From contig CAZAOU010000002.1 in the NCBI GenBank assembly GCA_964487135.1, positions 934 to 64,933 on the forward strand: a DNA stretch of 64,000 nt, read 5' to 3'. This DNA comes from an uncultured Candidatus Saccharibacteria bacterium. GTDB taxonomy: Bacteria; Patescibacteriota; Minisyncoccia; Phycocordibacterales; CAIRYW01. Position 1 is the stretch's first letter, and every line of letters starts with the position of its first letter. A program made the position numbers and the translations under genes. Under the pieces are notes generated by a model. It did no database searches and was not told the origin of the DNA. It was given only the letters and a program-made list of their open reading frames with translations. Below are positions 49,801-58,618 of this stretch, piece by piece.

Positions 49801-51678
49801 ATGAGCATGTATGTAATAACAATTATCCCAATACTCCGATCAATAAATAAAGAGAGTCTCTCTTACCTTTCAAGTGAGTATTTTGAGGAAGGAAGTATTG
49901 TCTTAATTCCAGTTAGAAATAAATCTGTTCCGGGAATAGTAATTTCCATAACAAAAGCCGAGAATCAGAAAAGTGAAATAAAAAAATCGTCTTTCCAATT
50001 AAAAAAACTTCAGGCCTCAGTAAAAGCAAAAATCAATCCAAAACTTATAATGGCCAGCAAAAAAATGGCATCTCTTTACGCAACAACACCGGGAGCCATA
50101 CTTGGACATTTTATAAATGAAAACAATTTAAACTATTTATCAAACATACAAAATAAAACAGAGTCCAACGTTGCAACTCCAGAAAATAAAAAAAACTTAA
50201 AGCCTGAAAAATTTGCCATACAATCCGATGAAGAAGATCGTTTAAATATCTACAAAAGTCTCATAAGGGAATCGTTCGCTAAAAAACATTCAATTTTTTT
50301 GGTTCTACCCACAGAAGAGAAAGCTAAGAAAGTATTTTCAAAACTATCTAAAGGTATAGAAGATTATGTTTTTTTATTTAGTAATTCCCTATCAAAAAAA
50401 AGAATTGGAGAAAACATAAATTCCATAAATGAAAGCATTCACTCGGTTGTTATTATTGCAACATCATCATATCTTCCCTTTGCAAGAGATGATATAAAAA
50501 CAATAATTATTGAAGCGGAATCTTCAAGATTTTATGTAAAAGAAAGGAGACCTTATATAGACGTAAGATCACTACTAGAAATATATGCCGAAGAAATAGG
50601 TTCTTCACTTGTATATGGAGACACCCTATTAAGAGTTGAGACCCATTTTCAAATTGATGAGGGTAAAATACTTGAATACGGAAGACTCTCTAACAAAATA
50701 AATCATCCTATCCAAACACTGATTGTAAATACCAAAAAAGAAGATGACGAAAAATCACCGTTTGAAATATTTTCTAAAGAACTAAAAGAAATGATTTCTT
50801 TTGTTGTTAAAAAAAACAAAAAGATTTTTATTTTAGTTCTCAGAAAAGGACACTCCCCAGAAACAGTATGTAGAGACTGTGGTAAAACCGTTTTGTGTAA
50901 AGAATGTGAGGCACCAGTCGTTTTACACAAAGGATCCAAAGAAAATATATTTATTTGCCATCACTGCGGAAAAAAAAGAAGCGCTAAGGAAACATGTACT
51001 AATTGTGGAGGATGGCGTCTCGAATCTTTTGGTATTGGCATAGAAAGAGTAAAGGAAGAAATAAATAAAATATTTTCAATATCACCAATTATTATTGAAT
51101 CGGAAAAAGATTCAAAAACTTTTCTTGAAGATAAAACATCGATTGCTTTGGGAACGGAAAAATCTCTTGAATATTTGGAATCAAACAGTTTGCCGTATGT
51201 AGCAATAGCAAGTATTGATTCTTTATTTGCTATCCCAGACTTCCATGTGAGAGAAAAAATCATGCATATTTTACTTGAACTAAAATCAAAATCTTCAGAA
51301 TACTTATTGATACAAGGCCGAAATACCGAAGACAACATAATAGAACAGGGATTATCTGGTGATTTAAGGAATTTTATAAAAGAAGAAATAATATCGCGAA
51401 AAAAATGGGGTTACCCACCCTTTTCAGTCTTTATTAAAATAACAATATCTCTAGAAAAAGAAAAAATAAAAAAAGAAATAGAAGTCCTTAATACTTATTT
51501 TAGTAGTTACGAAAAAATTATTTTTCCAGCATTTATAAAAGTTAAAAAAGGAAAATCAATCTGCCATATGCTTATTAAAATCAAAAAAGAAAACTGGCCA
51601 GATAAGATTCTTATAGGAAAACTATTGTCACTCCCTCCTTACATAGAAGTTAGGATAAATCCAGAAAGTTTGTTGTAA
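49801..51678 (+). CDS. priA: Primosomal protein N' with degenerate helicase motifs
   Basis: N-terminal VLIPVRNK, four CxxC zinc knuckles, PDFHVREK, YPPF; Walker A/B not recognisable. Confidence 0.85.
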   Translation: MSMYVITIIPILRSINKESLSYLSSEYFEEGSIVLIPVRNKSVPGIVISITKAENQKSEIKKSSFQLKKLQASVKAKINPKLIMASKKMASLYATTPGAILGHFINENNLNYLSNIQNKTESNVATPENKKNLKPEKFAIQSDEEDRLNIYKSLIRESFAKKHSIFLVLPTEEKAKKVFSKLSKGIEDYVFLFSNSLSKKRIGENINSINESIHSVVIIATSSYLPFARDDIKTIIIEAESSRFYVKERRPYIDVRSLLEIYAEEIGSSLVYGDTLLRVETHFQIDEGKILEYGRLSNKINHPIQTLIVNTKKEDDEKSPFEIFSKELKEMISFVVKKNKKIFILVLRKGHSPETVCRDCGKTVLCKECEAPVVLHKGSKENIFICHHCGKKRSAKETCTNCGGWRLESFGIGIERVKEEINKIFSISPIIIESEKDSKTFLEDKTSIALGTEKSLEYLESNSLPYVAIASIDSLFAIPDFHVREKIMHILLELKSKSSEYLLIQGRNTEDNIIEQGLSGDLRNFIKEEIISRKKWGYPPFSVFIKITISLEKEKIKKEIEVLNTYFSSYEKIIFPAFIKVKKGKSICHMLIKIKKENWPDKILIGKLLSLPPYIEVRINPESLL

Positions 51679-51684
51679 AAAATT

Positions 51685-51720
51685 TGCCCCAAAATTAAAT
51701 AGAAGTTTAATTTTGGGGCA
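51685..51720. terminator. Hairpin after priA
   Basis: TGCCCCAAAATTAAA-N6-TTTAATTTTGGGGCA. Confidence 0.65.
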
Positions 51721-51764
51721 TTTACTATTTACTTTTTTAAAATTTTGTAAAAAATTTTTTCGAA

Positions 51765-51992
51765 ATGGCAGTAAACCGAGTTCGCATTCCCGAAGGAACA
51801 CAAATCTGTGTTCTTAATCCCCACCAACACATCGAAACCCGTGCCACAGGAAAAGAAACTCTTGCGAAGACCATCGTCCGATTGCTTCGCGAAAACGACC
51901 TGTGGTTTCCAACACACAAAGTTCTTTCGGCCCTAAGACGGCATGAAATCAAATTCGGAATAATAATAGTCACTATTCCGCTTAACACCTGA
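51765..51992 (+). CDS. Small hypothetical protein
   Basis: GC-richer ORF followed by CGCC…GGCG hairpin and T-run. Confidence 0.5.
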   Translation: MAVNRVRIPEGTQICVLNPHQHIETRATGKETLAKTIVRLLRENDLWFPTHKVLSALRRHEIKFGIIIVTIPLNT

Positions 51993-52048
51993 CGCCCCCC
52001 CAGAGAGGCGCCATTTTTATTTATTGTTATATATAGTAATCTTTAGAC

Positions 52049-52576
52049 ATGGAAAATAGCATAATCCAAAGAGACAACCCCATATTAAGACAAAAAGCTA
52101 AAGAAGTAGGGATATCGGAAATAAAAAGTGCTTATGTCCAAAATGTTATAAAAAACATGAATAGTGCCCTATCCAAAGAAAAAGATGGCGTGGCCTTAGC
52201 TGCACCACAAATAGCAATATCTCTTAGAATTTTTGTTGTCGCGGGAATTGCTTTTGACATTGCAGAAGGTACATACGAAGAAAACAGGGAAAGCGCACGA
52301 AAAAACATGGTATTTATAAATCCAGTAATAACAAAAACATCAAAATCACGGAAAGATGTTGAGGAAGGATGTCTTTCTGTAAGATGGAAATATGGAAAAA
52401 TTTCTAGAGCCACCAAAGCAACAGTTGAAGCGTATGATGAAAATGGTAAAAAATTTTCTTACGGAGGCACAGGACTTATTGCTCAAATCTTTCAACATGA
52501 AACAGACCATCTCGACGGCAAACTATTTATAGACAACGCCCATGACATTATAGATTTACCCCCAAAACAAAAATAA
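52049..52576 (+). CDS. def: Peptide deformylase
   Basis: GVALAAPQI, EGCLSV, QHETDHLDG. Confidence 0.97.
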   Translation: MENSIIQRDNPILRQKAKEVGISEIKSAYVQNVIKNMNSALSKEKDGVALAAPQIAISLRIFVVAGIAFDIAEGTYEENRESARKNMVFINPVITKTSKSRKDVEEGCLSVRWKYGKISRATKATVEAYDENGKKFSYGGTGLIAQIFQHETDHLDGKLFIDNAHDIIDLPPKQK

Positions 52577-53430
52577 TGAAATTCGTTTTTTTTGGTTCAT
52601 CTGAAATATCGGTTATTGCTTTAGAGACTTTAAAAAAAGAAGGTTTAATTCCCTCACTAATAGTTACATCTCCCGACAAGCCTCAGGGAAGAGGTCTCTC
52701 TCTTATGGGAACAATAGTTAAAACATGGGCAACATCCAACAACATACCCTTTATACAACCAACCTCCCTAAAAGAAACAGAAATTATAGAAAAATTATCT
52801 AGAGAAAACGCACCCCTTTTTGTATTGGTGTCTTATGGAAAAATAATTCCAAAAGAGATCTTGGAAATTCCCCTTCAAGGAATTCTAAATCTTCACCCTT
52901 CAATTCTTCCCAAACTTCGTGGTCCATCTCCTATAGAATCATCAATATTGCTTGACCAAAAAGACAATTTTGGAATTTCAATAATTATGCTTGATGAAGA
53001 AATGGATCATGGGCCGATTTTAGCCCAAGAAAAAATTGAGCTCGCCGAATGGCCACTATCAAAAGAAACCTTAACAACAATTGCCGGATCACAAGGAGGA
53101 CTTCTTTTAGCAAAGACAATGAAACTATGGAGCGAAAGAAAAATATCCCCAATAGAACAATCACACCACAATGCTACTTATACTAAAAAAATTGGTAAAG
53201 AGAATTCTTTTATTAATTTAGAAAACAATCCTTACAAAAATTATCTTATATATTTAGCGTGCGGTAATAATCCAGCTCCATACTTTTTTGTAAACCATTT
53301 AGGAAAGCAAATAAGAGTAAAAATAACTAAAGCTTCTTACAACAACAATACATTTACAATTGAAAAAGTAATACCCGAAGGCAAAAAAGAAATGTTCTAC
53401 GAAGATTTTAAAAGAGGATTAAAATCCTAA
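52576..53430 (+). CDS. fmt: Methionyl-tRNA formyltransferase
   Basis: PDKPQGRG, NLHPSILPKLRGPSPI, MDHGPI. Confidence 0.95.
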   Translation: MKFVFFGSSEISVIALETLKKEGLIPSLIVTSPDKPQGRGLSLMGTIVKTWATSNNIPFIQPTSLKETEIIEKLSRENAPLFVLVSYGKIIPKEILEIPLQGILNLHPSILPKLRGPSPIESSILLDQKDNFGISIIMLDEEMDHGPILAQEKIELAEWPLSKETLTTIAGSQGGLLLAKTMKLWSERKISPIEQSHHNATYTKKIGKENSFINLENNPYKNYLIYLACGNNPAPYFFVNHLGKQIRVKITKASYNNNTFTIEKVIPEGKKEMFYEDFKRGLKS

Positions 53431-53937
53431 AACCTCTTCGATAGTCTGTTTATCTATCAAACTCATTTGTCTTGGGCCATGTTTTGCCCTAACAACAACC
53501 TTTTTACCTTCTATAATTTCTTTAAGCCACTCGTATGTTCCGGGCATTAATTCTTTGTCTGGAATTTCATGAAATTCAAACCATTTCAAATCAACCATTG
53601 CGCCATCTTCACTAGGAGTAGGTTCACCTTCCCAATTTCTTAGTAAGTATGTATGAACAAGAATATTCCACATTAGACCCTCTGCAGTTGTATTATCAAA
53701 ATAAAGCTCAGCCATTTTTTCCAAATCACTTTCCAAAGAATTTATTCCGCACTCTTCTTTCAGTTCTCTAACAGCACAAGCAAGCAGAGTTTCTCCATCT
53801 TCTATCCCTCCTCCATATCCATTTCTGCAACCCTCTCCAATTTTTCTAGTTTTTAGTGGAAGCAAAATCTTATTATCTTTTATAAGAAAAATAAGTGTTG
53901 CCTCTTTTAGTGTCTTTTCCTTTTCTAAATGTTTCAT
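53419..53937 (-). CDS. NUDIX hydrolase (8-oxo-dGTPase-like)
   Basis: GGGIEDGETLLACAVRELKEECG. Confidence 0.9.
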   Translation of the reverse strand: MKHLEKEKTLKEATLIFLIKDNKILLPLKTRKIGEGCRNGYGGGIEDGETLLACAVRELKEECGINSLESDLEKMAELYFDNTTAEGLMWNILVHTYLLRNWEGEPTPSEDGAMVDLKWFEFHEIPDKELMPGTYEWLKEIIEGKKVVVRAKHGPRQMSLIDKQTIEEVLGF

Positions 53938-54308
53938 TATTTACTCCTAAAAACACCTCGAAGCATATCTTTGATTTTTTGGTGCCCCCTTTTTAGAAGA
54001 TGAAACTGTTTTCTTTTAGCTCTGCTAACCTCAGCAAAAATTTCATCCCTCATACCATCGATGGCAGCATAGAGATCCGATGTTTCAAAAACAGCCCTAA
54101 AATCTTTATCTGAAATTTTCAGATTTATTTCTGCTCTAAAAATATCTCCTTTATTATGATGATGACTAGTTTTTCCAACCTCTATACGAGCGAGCGCTTC
54201 AACACCGTCTTCAACAAATTTTTCAAGACTCTGAATTTTCTTTTCTACATAATTTTCTATAGCTTCCGTAAGTTCTATATTTGTAGCCTTGATATGTTTT
54301 TTGAGCAT
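53937..54308 (-). CDS. raiA: Ribosome hibernation factor HPF/RaiA
   Basis: NIELTEAIENYVEKK, DLYAAID. Confidence 0.9.
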   Translation of the reverse strand: MLKKHIKATNIELTEAIENYVEKKIQSLEKFVEDGVEALARIEVGKTSHHHNKGDIFRAEINLKISDKDFRAVFETSDLYAAIDGMRDEIFAEVSRAKRKQFHLLKRGHQKIKDMLRGVFRSK

Positions 54309-54336
54309 ATTTATTTTTTATCTTTTAATAACTAAA

Positions 54337-54573
54337 TTATAACAAATTTTTTTGTGGTTCACGCACATCACAAATCTTGTTGGGTCTGGTTTTACCACGC
54401 ACTATCTGTATAGATAGAGCATCAGGAAAATAACCTCTTAAAAGATTAATTAAAGATTCGTTAGCTTCGTTATTGCGCGCCCAAGCTTTAACCTTGGCTT
54501 CAAATACACCCTCTTTTTTACAAACCAATTCGTCTTTAGAGCTCTTTGGAAAGACTTTTACACGAATAAGCAT
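54337..54573 (-). CDS. DUF167/YggU family protein
   Basis: VKVFPKS, NEANESLINLL, GKTRPNK. Confidence 0.8.
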   Translation of the reverse strand: MLIRVKVFPKSSKDELVCKKEGVFEAKVKAWARNNEANESLINLLRGYFPDALSIQIVRGKTRPNKICDVREPQKNLL

Positions 54574-55106
54574 TATTGTTTTTGGTAAGTACCCATAAGC
54601 TCTCCCTCCGCCAAGATGTGTCCGCTCATAGCATTCATCAAATCAATTTTGCTAGAACCTCCAGCCAAATCCAAAACAGTATCTAAAGCAAAAATTCTAA
54701 AAAAATATCTGTGAACACCGTCTGGGGGGCAAGGCCCTATGTAAGAAAGGTTGCCAGCACTTCCCCTTCCAGATATTCCTCCTGGATCACTAGACTCATC
54801 AATAAAAGAAAGATCTGGGGGTAAATTCCACTTTAACCAATGAATCCATGTTCCAACAGGAGCGTCAGGATCTTCCATTATTAAAGCCAGAGACTCTGCC
54901 TCTTTTGGTATATCACCAATTTCAAGAGTTGGATTTATATTTTCAGCATCACAAGTATACCGAGATGGAATCGCACCACCATCTTCAAAAACAGTGCTTC
55001 TTATTTTCATAAGGGGTATGTTGGGATTATCTAATAAATTAAAAATAATAAAAAATGAAGAGACAATTATCACAAGGATTGAAACACCAACAATAGTTTT
55101 TATCAT
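54573..55106 (-). CDS. YbhB/YbcL family PEBP protein
   Basis: MEDPDAP, WIHW, GPCPPDGVHRYFF. Confidence 0.93.
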   Translation of the reverse strand: MIKTIVGVSILVIIVSSFFIIFNLLDNPNIPLMKIRSTVFEDGGAIPSRYTCDAENINPTLEIGDIPKEAESLALIMEDPDAPVGTWIHWLKWNLPPDLSFIDESSDPGGISGRGSAGNLSYIGPCPPDGVHRYFFRIFALDTVLDLAGGSSKIDLMNAMSGHILAEGELMGTYQKQ

Positions 55107-55169
55107 ACATACATTTTCTCATACTTTTTATACTCTTAAAACAATATTTCTAAGTTGTATAATATAAAT

Positions 55170-55364
55170 GTGAAATTCCTGACTTTTCTTCTGGTTCTTT
55201 CGTTGGCTTCCACACTAACTTCTTGCACACCCTTGGATCTGGTGAAAATGAGTCGTGATCCTGCATTTCACAAATTGATAGCACCAACCACACCCCCAAC
55301 AAACAGTGTTGCCCAAGAAACAAACGAGGAGACAGCACCAGCCTCCGCTACCCCGCCACTTTAG
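55170..55364 (+). CDS. Small putative lipoprotein
   Basis: GTG start after TATAAT (55158); signal peptide with lipobox LTSC; Pro/Thr-rich tail. Confidence 0.55.
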   Translation: MKFLTFLLVLSLASTLTSCTPLDLVKMSRDPAFHKLIAPTTPPTNSVAQETNEETAPASATPPL

Positions 55365-55436
55365 GCGGATTTTTAATCTTTGATTTCTTTGATAATTTTG
55401 ATACTATCTAATGCGTTCTTTTAAAGAACAAGATAT

Positions 55437-55512
55437 TCCGCGATAGCTCAGCTGGTAGAGCGGCCCGCTGTTAACGGGTTGGTCGTAGGTTCGAATCCTA
55501 CTCGCGGAGCCA
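55437..55512 (+). tRNA. tRNA-Asn(GTT) with encoded CCA
   Basis: TCCGCGA/TCGCGGA acceptor, CCCG-CTGTTAA-CGGG anticodon arm, GGTTCGAATCC. Confidence 0.97.
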
Positions 55513-55806
55513 GTTAGGACTGTCAGCCAGTTCTAGTACTAAATTAAACGGAGAAGCTATTGTAAAATATAGCTTTTTTCCGTTTACGGTCGGGTTCTGA
55601 AGTATGTAGTTCAAAAACTGTCTTTTTCTTGCTGGTTCAGAACTATTATCAAAAATTGTTTTTGCTCTGCGTGCTACAGAAATAACAGTAGCAACGGTAT
55701 TTTGGTATTCGTAATCAGCTTTACTGTGTTCAGACATTTCAATTTCAAGTACTTGCATTTGGTCCTGTAGTTCTTGATGTTTCTTGTCATAGACATCCTT
55801 AGTAAT
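55498..55806 (-). pseudogene. C-terminal remnant of a large serine recombinase overlapping the tRNA-Asn 3' end
   Basis: ITKDVYDKKHQEL…KRQFLNYILQNPTVNGKKL…PF…WLRE*; no catalytic N-terminus. Confidence 0.7.
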
Positions 55807-55952
55807 TCACCCGATTCAATACCTGATGATTCAAAATTTAGCATTCATAAATTATACTTATTCTCTGAAGTTTTATCTATAAAATAAGTGTTTATAAAAA
55901 TCACCCTTTCCACATTTGCGGTTAGGGCGGTTGAGAGCGAGAAAAGAGTTTC

Positions 55953-56519
55953 CTACTGAACCAAGACCGCAATCATTTGGTCTGGTTCAATTGGCGCACT
56001 GGAAGGACGAAGCAGAGCTCCGAGATATGGGTCTCCGTCTTTGGAACACCCAACCTCAAGAACAATACTGTCGCCCATGCCGGGGACATCGATAGGTTGA
56101 TGGGCCAACCAGATTTTCTCTCCGGCAGGCTGTTTTGCCATAACCTCCCTCATAAACAGTCCGAGGATAGGATCAATCTTCGGGGCCTGACCGAAGAAAC
56201 TCTTCTCGGCAATCCCAGCCACACCAAGTCGCCCTGCCGAGCAAATACGAACCTTGTATAAGCCCGGTGGAATCTGTTTGATCAATCCTTGCTCGACAGC
56301 CCTTTTGACATGGTCAGAGACCATCTCTCGGGGACTGATACGGAACCGATCCAAATTGTTACAAAGGATAGCTGGAGTGACATAATCAACAGGGATATCA
56401 ACCACCCGATCAAGAATGGTGACTTTCGCACGGCCTTCAAGAAAGGCCGTGACTGCCTCAAGTTCTTGATCTGATCCGCGTCCAGCACGGATCATTTCCT
56501 GACGGATTTTTTCAATCAT
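55953..56519 (-). CDS. Hypothetical protein
   Basis: 188-aa GC-richer ORF with its own promoter and long leader. Confidence 0.65.
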   Translation of the reverse strand: MIEKIRQEMIRAGRGSDQELEAVTAFLEGRAKVTILDRVVDIPVDYVTPAILCNNLDRFRISPREMVSDHVKRAVEQGLIKQIPPGLYKVRICSAGRLGVAGIAEKSFFGQAPKIDPILGLFMREVMAKQPAGEKIWLAHQPIDVPGMGDSIVLEVGCSKDGDPYLGALLRPSSAPIEPDQMIAVLVQ

Positions 56520-56570
56520 AATCTGAATTCCTAAGCTGGGCGGGTTTAATTTGGTTTAAGTTTTGTTAGT

Positions 56571-56618
56571 TTCGCCACAGCAGAAAATGGCTTTAAAGCC
56601 ATTTTCTGCTGTGGCGAA
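56571..56618. repeat. Perfect 48-bp palindrome
   Basis: TTCGCCACAGCAGAAAATGGCTTT|AAAGCCATTTTCTGCTGTGGCGAA. Confidence 0.85.
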
Positions 56619-56684
56619 TATACTCTTTTCTCTCAAAGAACTTGAGAAGTTATACAACTTTTTATAGAAAAGTCAATTGTTATG

Positions 56685-57305
56685 CTAGTTTTCTATTTTT
56701 TCTGGAAGAAGCTCATCTATTGGTCCTGGAAGAATATAGAGAATTGGAGTAATTACAAAAAGGAAAAAACTTACTATTGGACTAAAAAACGCTAGAGCTA
56801 TTGAGATTACATATAAAGATGGGGCTACAAAAAGAGCTCTCGTTGATTTTTTTATAAATTGCTCTTCAAGACCTGATTTTATAAATTTTTTGTGCACCGC
56901 GTATTTCCAGACAAATAGATAAAATATACTGCAAACAAATAGTGTTAATCCATAAACAACAGAACCAGAAAGTGTCCAAGGGTAAGTTCCAATAAGATTA
57001 GCAGAAAAAGGAATAAAACAGATAAATAACAACAAAAGATTATTGAGACACATCAATCTAATATTTACTAATTCAATATAATGAAACATTACCCTATGCC
57101 CTATCCAAAAAACTCCGATTACAAAAAATGTTGAAGCGTAGACAATTATTTTTGGCCAGAGATTCATAAGCTCTTGAATGAGGCCCCCTTCACTAAAAGA
57201 AGACATAATTGGCACGGAAACATTTAAAACTAAAAGAGTAAGAGCGACAGCAAAAACACTGTCGCTTAGACTTATAATCCTATCTGCTGATATTCCTAAT
57301 TTCAT
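56685..57305 (-). CDS. TMEM175/DUF1211 family potassium channel
   Basis: RIISLSDSVFAVALTLLVL, FWIGH, FIPF. Confidence 0.9.
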   Translation of the reverse strand: MKLGISADRIISLSDSVFAVALTLLVLNVSVPIMSSFSEGGLIQELMNLWPKIIVYASTFFVIGVFWIGHRVMFHYIELVNIRLMCLNNLLLLFICFIPFSANLIGTYPWTLSGSVVYGLTLFVCSIFYLFVWKYAVHKKFIKSGLEEQFIKKSTRALFVAPSLYVISIALAFFSPIVSFFLFVITPILYILPGPIDELLPEKIEN

Positions 57306-57359
57306 GAAAATATTATAACAAAATATAAACTTGTATTTAAGTTCTGATATAATTTCAAA

Positions 57360-57923
57360 ATGACAGAAATATTTGTAATAGTCGCCTCCTTGTTCGCCGT
57401 CGTTGGCAATGTTCCGTATCTCAAAGATATATTAAAGGAAAAAGTAAAACCTCATCCATACACTTGGTTTGTGTGGTCGCTAGTCTCTGGAATAAATCTT
57501 TTTGGACAAGTGGCAAAAGGAGCTGGAATTGGAGCAATACCAACCGCAGCATCAGAAATATTTACAGTCATCATTTTTTTCTTCTCACTTAAATATGGTT
57601 TTAAAAATATTCAAAAAAGAGACACTTATTTTTTAATTATTGCACTTTTAGGAATAATTCCTTGGATAATAACAAAAGATCCAACCATTTCCGTAATTAT
57701 TGTTGTGATAATAGATTTAATAGCATTTATACCAACACTTCAAAAGACATGGGCACACCCCGAAACAGAAAATTCTATTTTATATAAAATGAATGTATTA
57801 CGACATGGCTTAACGCTGCTTTCTTTGCAAAGTTATAACATCGCCACAACCCTACACTCAATTTCGATGATAATAACTAACACTTTGATGACAGTGTTTT
57901 TGTCAAAAAATAGAAAAAAATAA
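57360..57923 (+). CDS. Multi-pass membrane protein (PQ-loop-like)
   Basis: PYLKDILK-KVKPHPYTWFVW, AFIPTLQKTW-HPETE. Confidence 0.7.
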   Translation: MTEIFVIVASLFAVVGNVPYLKDILKEKVKPHPYTWFVWSLVSGINLFGQVAKGAGIGAIPTAASEIFTVIIFFFSLKYGFKNIQKRDTYFLIIALLGIIPWIITKDPTISVIIVVIIDLIAFIPTLQKTWAHPETENSILYKMNVLRHGLTLLSLQSYNIATTLHSISMIITNTLMTVFLSKNRKK

Positions 57924-57996
57924 ATTTATATAGTGTTAGAATATTAGAAATACCTCCCAAACATCAACTCAACCTTCAAATTCAAAACTAATCGTC

Positions 57997-58560
57997 ATGT
58001 TCTTTGTAACAGTGTTTGCGTTCGTCATGTTTTGCCCCTTCTACTCATCTGTTTTTGAGTGGATACTTCATCGCTACGTTATGCACCGACCTGTCGGTAA
58101 ATTTCGATACGCCTACGAAGCTCACGCTCTAACCCACCACCGTATTTTCGGGTCAACAAAAACATACCACCTCCAAAACCCTAAGGACAAGGAAACAATT
58201 CCCATGGCGTGGTGGAATGGACCCCTGTTAATAATCATTGCATCACTGCCAGCAGTTCCGATTTGCTGGCTCATTGATGTGTGGTGGCCATTATGGGTGC
58301 TGGCATTTGAATTTACTCTATACTACGGAGCATACGAGTGTCTTCACTGGTATATGCATCTCCCGAAGGCTCGGCGGATTGAGTTTTGGGGAATATTCAA
58401 GTGACTAAACGGACATCACCTGCTACACCACAGGTATCCGGGCAAAAACTTCAATGTAGTATTTCCATTTGCCGACTGGCTTTTTGGAACACTACTCAGG
58501 AAATCACTGGCAAGTTTTGACCAGCCCCGAGGAATTGGAGTCCCTGACGTGCAACCGTAG
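57997..58560 (+). pseudogene. Fatty acid hydroxylase/sterol desaturase family gene interrupted by an in-frame TGA (58402-58404)
   Basis: His boxes HRYVMH, HALTHH, HWYMH; after the stop, in-frame LNGHHLLHHRYPGKNFNVVFPFADWLFGTL to TAG at 58560. Confidence 0.8.
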
Positions 58561-58618
58561 ACAGCTTTCAAGTCTCGCTCTAAGCCACACAGCAAAGAGC
58601 GAATTTTTTATAATTACA

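Noticed and set aside
55953-56618. Diversity-generating retroelement target with its hairpin
   Set aside because: The C-terminus loosely recalls CLec-like CPR proteins, but there is no reverse transcriptase or TR/VR pair in the window, and the palindrome is upstream rather than downstream of the gene.
58402-58404. Genome-wide TGA recoding (code 25)
   Set aside because: Housekeeping ORFs are uninterrupted under code 11 and cysS ends with TGA; only one internal TGA was found.
179-58560. Integron cassette array as the explanation for the solo genes
   Set aside because: The genes are dispersed and carry their own promoters; I found no consistent RYYYAAC…GTTRRRY attC sites and no intI.
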